A stretch of DNA of 64,000 bases from Polyangiaceae bacterium (GTDB lineage Bacteria > Myxococcota_A > Polyangia > Polyangiales > Polyangiaceae): contig JAICUB010000015.1 of assembly GCA_025936045.1 (NCBI GenBank), positions 30,642 to 94,641 of the forward strand. The letters run 5' to 3'. Position numbers and translations under genes: made by a program. Shown one piece after another: positions 58,427 through 64,000 of this stretch (positions within the stretch are counted from its first letter, which is position 1; the number at the start of each line of letters is the position of its first letter). Under the pieces are notes generated by a model. It made no database searches and was not told where the DNA came from. It saw only the letters and a program-made list of their open reading frames with translations.

Positions 58427-59605
58427 TTAGGTGACGCCGCCGAGCGACGCGACGCCGCGCTTGCCGTTGACGCGCCAGGTCGCGTCCTCGCGCTCGAGTG
58501 CGGCCGCGCGCCCCGGCGCGAGCCCCACGATCGGATCGCTCTTCAGCGTGCGGAGCGCGAGGAGGGGCGCGGGGAAATACGCCGTCACGTCCGCAAACGC
58601 CGCATCCGCGGGCCATACCGCGTCCCCCACCGCGCGCCGGTAATTCGCGTCGCCCTTGAGCACCACGAGCCGCGCAGACGCGAACTCGGCGACGAGCTCG
58701 GCGGGCAGCGCCCAGAGCGACTCCGGGCCGTTCCAATACGGGTGCGCGCGCAGCGTCACGCGTCCGCTCGTCACCTCGCCCGCAAGCCGAGCCACGCAGC
58801 GCCGCGCCGCGCCGGACGCTCCCGGCCGCGGCGTTTCGCCCGTGAGCCCGAGGAAGCGGCGCACGTCTGCGATCGTCGCGTCGCTCACGAACGTGGGATG
58901 CTCCTTCAAGTGCAGCACGACCGGCACGCCGAGCTCGCTCACCACGAAATCGGCGAGCACCAGATCGAGCGTGAGCTCGGTGCCCGCGTTGTCCGCGATG
59001 ACGTGCAGCGGACCCGTACGGTCGAAGAAGCACCGGACGGTCGCTTCGCGATCGTCCACCAGCAGATCATCCTCGGCGGCTTCGAGACCGTGCGCGCGTG
59101 ACGCCGCGAAGCTCAGATCGATGCGGTTGCCGAAGACACCCGCGGCGAGCAACTGCGCGAGCCGCTCGTCCTTTTCGGCCGGCCCCGTGAGCGCGCCGTC
59201 GAACGCGGCCGCATGGGCGTCGCTCGCGTATTCCTCCTGTTTGTTGGGCAGAAATGGATCGCGCGCGGTCCGCCAGAAGCGCGTCCGCTCGACGAGCTGC
59301 CGGTACGCGTACGTCTCCGCGAAGAACCAATCCGTACCGAGCCATGTCTCACCCGCCCGTGCGGCAAGTGCGCTCCGGACGGCGTCGGCGCCGGGTGCGG
59401 CCCCCTCGAGCGCGGGCAGCTCGCCGTTCGACTCGAGCGCGACGGCAAGCTCCTCGACGGCGGACCCGATCTCCGGCTCGTAGTCTTCGTTGCGCAGGAG
59501 CACCTCGCGCAGGATCCGCGGCACGCGCACGCGCATGGTGTGGTGCGCGAACGGGTTCGTCGCGTCAGTTCGAATACGGCCGGGGTAACGCGCTGGCTCG
59601 GACAT
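58427..59605 (-). CDS. DUF89/ARMT1 damage-control phosphatase
   Basis: WFFAETYAYR, GNRIDLS, DNAGTEL, HPTFVSD, KGDANYR, RTLKSD. Confidence 0.9.
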   Translation of the reverse strand: MSEPARYPGRIRTDATNPFAHHTMRVRVPRILREVLLRNEDYEPEIGSAVEELAVALESNGELPALEGAAPGADAVRSALAARAGETWLGTDWFFAETYAYRQLVERTRFWRTARDPFLPNKQEEYASDAHAAAFDGALTGPAEKDERLAQLLAAGVFGNRIDLSFAASRAHGLEAAEDDLLVDDREATVRCFFDRTGPLHVIADNAGTELTLDLVLADFVVSELGVPVVLHLKEHPTFVSDATIADVRRFLGLTGETPRPGASGAARRCVARLAGEVTSGRVTLRAHPYWNGPESLWALPAELVAEFASARLVVLKGDANYRRAVGDAVWPADAAFADVTAYFPAPLLALRTLKSDPIVGLAPGRAAALEREDATWRVNGKRGVASLGGVT

Positions 59606-60452
59606 TGCGGAAGCGGTCCACCACGTACGTCCGAAGCGCGTAGCCGAACAGCGAATTTTGGTTCAAGTCGGGCCGAATGCGCGCCGCGCGAGCCTCGTGG
59701 AGCGCTCGATAGCGGCTCCAGTGCACGCCGGGGTGCTCGTGATGCACGGTATGCAGTCCGTTCTCGAACACGAACCAGTTGAAGAACGGGCTCGTGAAGT
59801 TTCGCGAATGATCGTCCTTCGAAGCCGCGTTGCAGCCCACGTGCTGGAGATAGTTCGTGAACAGCATGAAATAGCTCGCGAGCGCGGCGGGAAGCCCCGC
59901 GGACACGACGTAGACGCCGAGGCCCGTGCGTACGCCGTGAAGCCGGACGCCGAGCGCGATGAGCGCGCCGTGAACCACGACGATCGCGGTCGCTTCGACG
60001 ACGAGGCGACGAAGCTTGCGGGGACTCTTCATGCGCGCCTCCCGCGCGAAAGCGAAGACCAGCGGCAGCTGCGCGCGCCCCGCAAGGAAGGGATATTTGA
60101 AGGCGACCAAGGCTGTGTCCACCGTTCCAACGCGCGCCGTTTGCGACGCGTCGCCGTCGCCGTTCGAATACCGGTGGTGATTCTGGTTGTGCGTCGGCAC
60201 CCAGGAGAGGAGTGGGAAGCCGTAGAAAATCGAGAGCCACGCCCCGTAGGCCTCGTTCACGGAGCGGCTCACGAACGTCGGCGAGTGATTGTGGTTGTGC
60301 GCGAGCACCCCGGCGCAATAGGACGCATACAGGGCGAGCGGGAGCAGTGAGAGCGCGAGTCCGGGCCACGCGTACGCGAGCGCCGGGACCAGCGGAAACA
60401 GCGCGAAAGCCCAAATGAGCGTGCGACGATCTTCTCGGTAACGGAGGTTCAT
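59565..60452 (-). CDS. Membrane fatty acid desaturase family protein
   Basis: His boxes HNHNH, HNQNHH, QH..HTVHH; start MNLRY at 60452. Confidence 0.88.
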   Translation of the reverse strand: MNLRYREDRRTLIWAFALFPLVPALAYAWPGLALSLLPLALYASYCAGVLAHNHNHSPTFVSRSVNEAYGAWLSIFYGFPLLSWVPTHNQNHHRYSNGDGDASQTARVGTVDTALVAFKYPFLAGRAQLPLVFAFAREARMKSPRKLRRLVVEATAIVVVHGALIALGVRLHGVRTGLGVYVVSAGLPAALASYFMLFTNYLQHVGCNAASKDDHSRNFTSPFFNWFVFENGLHTVHHEHPGVHWSRYRALHEARAARIRPDLNQNSLFGYALRTYVVDRFRNVRASALPRPYSN

Positions 60453-60667
60453 GGTGCCTCCGAGAATGCGACACGGACGCAGGCTCGACCATTCGTGTCG
60501 ACCTCCGATTTTGACTCTCGTTGCCCTGCTCCCGCCGCTCCGAGAAAGCGGCGGAAGCGTGCCGCAAGACGGGCGGCGGGCACACGGCGCCGCGCGCCGG
60601 CTCGCGTTTGTGCCCACGAAAATCAACGCCGTTCGTCGCCGCGGCCGTTCGCGCTAAAGAGCGAACG

Positions 60668-61315
60668 ATGTCCCGCGCCGCGCTTACCCTCGTCGGTCGT
60701 CACAGCTCGCACTACACGCGCATCGTCTCGATCTACGCGACGGAGCTCGCCGTCGAGTGCGCCTTCCAGCCCGTGTTGGACATCGGCTCCACGGACGCGC
60801 ACGTCTTCGGCGAAAATCCGCTGCTGCGCGTTCCGAGCCTTACGACGCCGGAAGGCACCTGGTTCGGCTCGCTCAACGCGTGTCGGGAGCTCGCGCGCCG
60901 CTCGACCGCCGGCGTTCCGCTGATTTGGCCCGAGGACCACGCGACACCTCTCGGCGCCAACGCGCAGGAAATCACGACGGACGCGATGGTCAGCGGCGTC
61001 GTCATCGTGACCGGTCGCCTGTGCGCGCTCGCGGACGACGCGCCGAGCCTCGTGAAACCGTTCGCCCGCCTGCGCGGCGCCGTCGCTTGGCTCGAAGCGA
61101 ACCTCGACGCCGCGCTCGCCCCGTTACCCGAACGCCGGCTCAGCTTCCTCGAGGTGAGCGCGTTTTGCATGCTCACGCACCTCGGCTTCAGACAATTGCT
61201 TTCGCTCGAGGATCGCCCGCGGCTCACCGCGTTCTGCCAGCGCTTCGGCGCGCGGCCCTCGGCGCTCGCGAGCGGCTACTACTTCGACCCGCCGAGCGCG
61301 CCGCCGGCCGGCTGA
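60668..61315 (+). CDS. Glutathione S-transferase family protein
   Basis: SSHYTR, NPLLRVPSL, C-terminal LGFR..RPRL..F..RF..RPS. Confidence 0.8.
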   Translation: MSRAALTLVGRHSSHYTRIVSIYATELAVECAFQPVLDIGSTDAHVFGENPLLRVPSLTTPEGTWFGSLNACRELARRSTAGVPLIWPEDHATPLGANAQEITTDAMVSGVVIVTGRLCALADDAPSLVKPFARLRGAVAWLEANLDAALAPLPERRLSFLEVSAFCMLTHLGFRQLLSLEDRPRLTAFCQRFGARPSALASGYYFDPPSAPPAG

Positions 61316-61321
61316 ATCGGC

Positions 61322-61501
61322 ATGCTGTCCGACATTCTGCTCTTTACCGCGCTGATTCTCATCGGCTTGAAGTTCGGCTTGCGCACGCGGCTCCGTGAGC
61401 TCGGACGCGTGCTCGACCGGCTCGTGAATCTCCTGCTCGTGCTGATTCTCGGAGCGTATGCCTTGCAGCTCTTGTGGCTCGTGACGTTCGGACGCAAATA
61501 A
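61322..61501 (+). CDS. 59-aa two-TM small membrane protein (not in ORF track)
   Basis: MLSDILLFTALILIGLKFGLRTRLRELGRVLDRLVNLLLVLILGAYALQLLWLVTFGRK*; fills the gap between GST and the next gene. Confidence 0.7.
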   Translation: MLSDILLFTALILIGLKFGLRTRLRELGRVLDRLVNLLLVLILGAYALQLLWLVTFGRK

Positions 61502-61511
61502 CGGCCGCAAA

Positions 61512-64000
61512 TCAGGGCGACGGTGGCGCTGCCGTACAGGACGCGCTCGTCGTTCCGGACACCGTCATATCGGATAGTGCATTGACCTCTGCCGCGGTCG
61601 TGAGCGCGATCGTGCCTTCGTCCACGTAGAGCGTCCCGCCCGCGGCGGCGTAGAGATCGTTGGCGACGAACTGCGCCGGATCGCCACTCGCGCCGAGCTC
61701 GGTGAACGGGGCGTAGGTCGTGCCGAAGCCGTTCAAGCAGTTGTTCTTCACGATGCCGCCACCCGTCCACGCGAGAGCCGAACACTGGGAGGTGAAGCAG
61801 GGCCTCGGCGTGAAGACGACGTTCGACTCGAAATCCTGCGCTGCGCCCGACATTCCAGTATTAAAGTGGTTGTTCAGAACGACGCCGCCGTTCGTGAGCG
61901 TGCTCGGGTGCCAGTAGAACTGAGCGGAACTCTGCATGTTGAAGGCGCCCCCCGCCGAGAAGGTGTTGTTCTCGACGCGGTTCGTCCCGTTACCCTGGAG
62001 CATCAGCGGGTAGCCGCCACGCTGGCAGCCACCGGATTGGCAAGCGATGCTGGACGTCATTCCGGTCACCAGATTGCCGCGAATCACGGCGCAGCTACCG
62101 CCCGAGCAATCGATCCCGTATCCCTCGCTGGGCTGGCCCTGGACGTACGGCTGAGTGGCGCTGGGTTCCGAGAGTCCGGTGATGGCGGGGTTATTCACGA
62201 TCACGCAGCGGCTCGGCACGGTACCTGCCATGCAGACTACCGCGCGACCGCCGGTGAGCGCGGGCGACCCCACGTCGTTCTCGATCGTCTGGTTGGCCTC
62301 GATCACGGGGTGGCAATCGCCGACGGCGCGCACCGCCTCGGCGTACGTCGCGTTGACGGTCCAGCTGAGCGCGTGATTGTCCGCAATCCAGGGCGCAGCG
62401 CCGCCGCACTCGGTGAGGGCGATCAGCGCAGAGGGAATTTCCCCGTTCGCAGCTACACTGCCGCCCACCGTGTTCGCGCGGACGACGACGCCGGCTCCGT
62501 CGCCCGCAACGAGGATGCCGGCTTGATCGTCGCCGCCGGGGCTGTCCGTCTGCACGCGCGCGCAGATCGTGCTCCGCTCGAGGCGCGAGCCCGCGGCGTT
62601 TTGCAATGAAACCGCATAGCGGGGAGAGCCGCTCGCTAGCGCCATGATTTGCGGGCCGCGAGCCGAGCACGCGCTCGTGCAGCGTCCGGTGATCGGGTCG
62701 GTGTCGCCCGCACAGTTGTCCTCGACGCTGACTCGCGAGTCCGCAGCATGGACCGCGGCGCTGTTCGCGGCGCCATAACCCGCTTCGATGCGGTCGCGAA
62801 CCAGCAAGGCGTCCGCCCCGTGCCTCAGGTCGACACCGTAGCCCTCCCCCTGCCCGGAGGCGTTGGCGGAGCTCATTTGTCCGCCGGTGATCGTCAAATT
62901 CGAGAGAAGCACGCCGCGCGCGCCGTCCACGGTGACGCCCGCGACGAGCACATCGTCGAACGGGCGGTCGATCGTGAAGCCGTCGAGCGCGGTGCGAATC
63001 GCGATCGTCGCCGGAAAGACCACGCCGCGACCCGTCGCGGGTGCGAGGTGCGTCGTCGAGTCGGTGCAGCGTGTCCAGCACGTCGATTCGTAGTTGCCGA
63101 GCAGGCTGATGCCGTCTCGCATCGTAAGCTCGCCGGCAGGGCCCGCGTACGTCGTCGTCGCGCCGCACGTCGCGCCGGCGGCGACGCAGACACGGTTCGC
63201 CACGGTGCGGTGTGTGTCCGCGAAGTCGAGCGCCGTCTGGACGTTGCGAAACGGTGTCGCGCCGGCGTCGGTGGACGCGGCGGCGTCGTCGCCGTCGGGT
63301 GCGACGTGGACGCAGGTCGGACAATCCTCGTCGATGGCGCCGTCACAATCGTCGTCGATGCCGTTACAGCCGTCCACGGTCGTCGTGGGCGCGAGGGGGA
63401 CGCACGCGCTCGGCCTGGCGCCGCTGCACGCCGTGACCGTCTGGCGGCACGCGCCGAGGCCGCACGTGATGTCGGGCAGGTCGTCGGCGACGCCGTTGCA
63501 GTCGTCGTCCTCGCCGTTGCACATCTCTCCCGTCGCGCCCGAGCAGAGACCCCAGGTGCCGCCCGTGCAGCGGCGTGTCCCGCCGTTGCAACACGCCGCC
63601 GTCGAGCTGTCCGCGACGTTCGGATCGCCGTCGTCGCAATCGAGCGGGACGCCGGAACAAGCGCAGTCGGCGCCGACTCCGAAGCCGTCGCCGTCGCCGT
63701 CCTCACAGCGAACCGCGACCTCGCACTGACCCGACAGCGAGCATGTCCAAGCGCCGCAACCCCGCGGCCCGATCTTGGTGTCGCAGTCCGACGCCTCGAG
63801 GCAGCCGAGATCGAGCGGAACGCTGGGCCCGCTCTTCGTGCACAGACTATTGCCCGCCGCACCACCCGCGTTCAAGCCGCCCGTACCGCCGGTCGCGAGG
63901 CTGCCGCCCGAGCTCGTTCCGGCTCCGCCGGCGAGTCCCGCTGTGCCACCGCTTTCTGCACCCGCGCTCCCGCCGGTGCCGCTTGCACCCGCTTCCGCCA
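61512..64000 (-). CDS. Large Cys-rich exported protein with CNG.DDDC.G repeats and beta-helix region, 5'-partial
   Basis: The frame stays open to the window end (Gly-rich linker); DGDGDGFG, DCDD, EMCNGEDDDCNG, GCNGIDDDCDG, PFRNVQ.A and NN-ladder repeats. Confidence 0.75.
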   Translation of the reverse strand, partial: AEAGASGTGGSAGAESGGTAGLAGGAGTSSGGSLATGGTGGLNAGGAAGNSLCTKSGPSVPLDLGCLEASDCDTKIGPRGCGAWTCSLSGQCEVAVRCEDGDGDGFGVGADCACSGVPLDCDDGDPNVADSSTAACCNGGTRRCTGGTWGLCSGATGEMCNGEDDDCNGVADDLPDITCGLGACRQTVTACSGARPSACVPLAPTTTVDGCNGIDDDCDGAIDEDCPTCVHVAPDGDDAAASTDAGATPFRNVQTALDFADTHRTVANRVCVAAGATCGATTTYAGPAGELTMRDGISLLGNYESTCWTRCTDSTTHLAPATGRGVVFPATIAIRTALDGFTIDRPFDDVLVAGVTVDGARGVLLSNLTITGGQMSSANASGQGEGYGVDLRHGADALLVRDRIEAGYGAANSAAVHAADSRVSVEDNCAGDTDPITGRCTSACSARGPQIMALASGSPRYAVSLQNAAGSRLERSTICARVQTDSPGGDDQAGILVAGDGAGVVVRANTVGGSVAANGEIPSALIALTECGGAAPWIADNHALSWTVNATYAEAVRAVGDCHPVIEANQTIENDVGSPALTGGRAVVCMAGTVPSRCVIVNNPAITGLSEPSATQPYVQGQPSEGYGIDCSGGSCAVIRGNLVTGMTSSIACQSGGCQRGGYPLMLQGNGTNRVENNTFSAGGAFNMQSSAQFYWHPSTLTNGGVVLNNHFNTGMSGAAQDFESNVVFTPRPCFTSQCSALAWTGGGIVKNNCLNGFGTTYAPFTELGASGDPAQFVANDLYAAAGGTLYVDEGTIALTTAAEVNALSDMTVSGTTSASCTAAPPSP

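Overview
High-GC window whose many Gly/Ser/Thr-linker lipoproteins suggest Myxococcota, probably Polyangiales (inference). It has four blocks. (1) 1-5.8 kb: a partial GH6 gene missing from the ORF track, two GT-C-type membrane glycosyltransferases, an internally deleted PhoU, and divergent tRNA-Arg(UCG)/tRNA-Lys(CUU). (2) 5.9-18.7 kb: att-like repeats and a gene remnant after tRNA-Lys, then GH26, an SGNH esterase, a DUF1592/DUF1552 pair and an ECF sigma-FecR-membrane protein-GH5 operon. Four copies of TGRACC-N16-GGAACT lie in two divergent intergenic regions, and the GH5 appears to lack its catalytic nucleophile. (3) 18.7-31.8 kb: a ZIP transporter, a MoxR-DUF58-Bat operon ending in a CusRS-like two-component system with a CopR-type box, and a PL1 pectate lyase. 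(4) 32-55.8 kb, the best candidate for an undescribed system: cysD-cysNC-DHH phosphoesterase-cysH, a PAPS-dependent sulfotransferase, an orphan OleA-like enzyme with DUF1302-like and LolA-like genes, a FadL channel, a Cu monooxygenase, and three arylsulfate-sulfotransferase-like lipoproteins. Each of the three is paired with a paralog of an unknown C-x(2-4)-C-x-NPAP lipoprotein. A shared 7-9-7 palindrome precedes cysH and two of these operons. The window ends with an SPFH pair, a DUF89 phosphatase, a desaturase, a GST, a 59-aa membrane ORF and a partial Cys-rich beta-helix protein. No CRISPR array, rRNA, integrase or transposase was seen. All family calls come from motif recognition by eye, not database searches.
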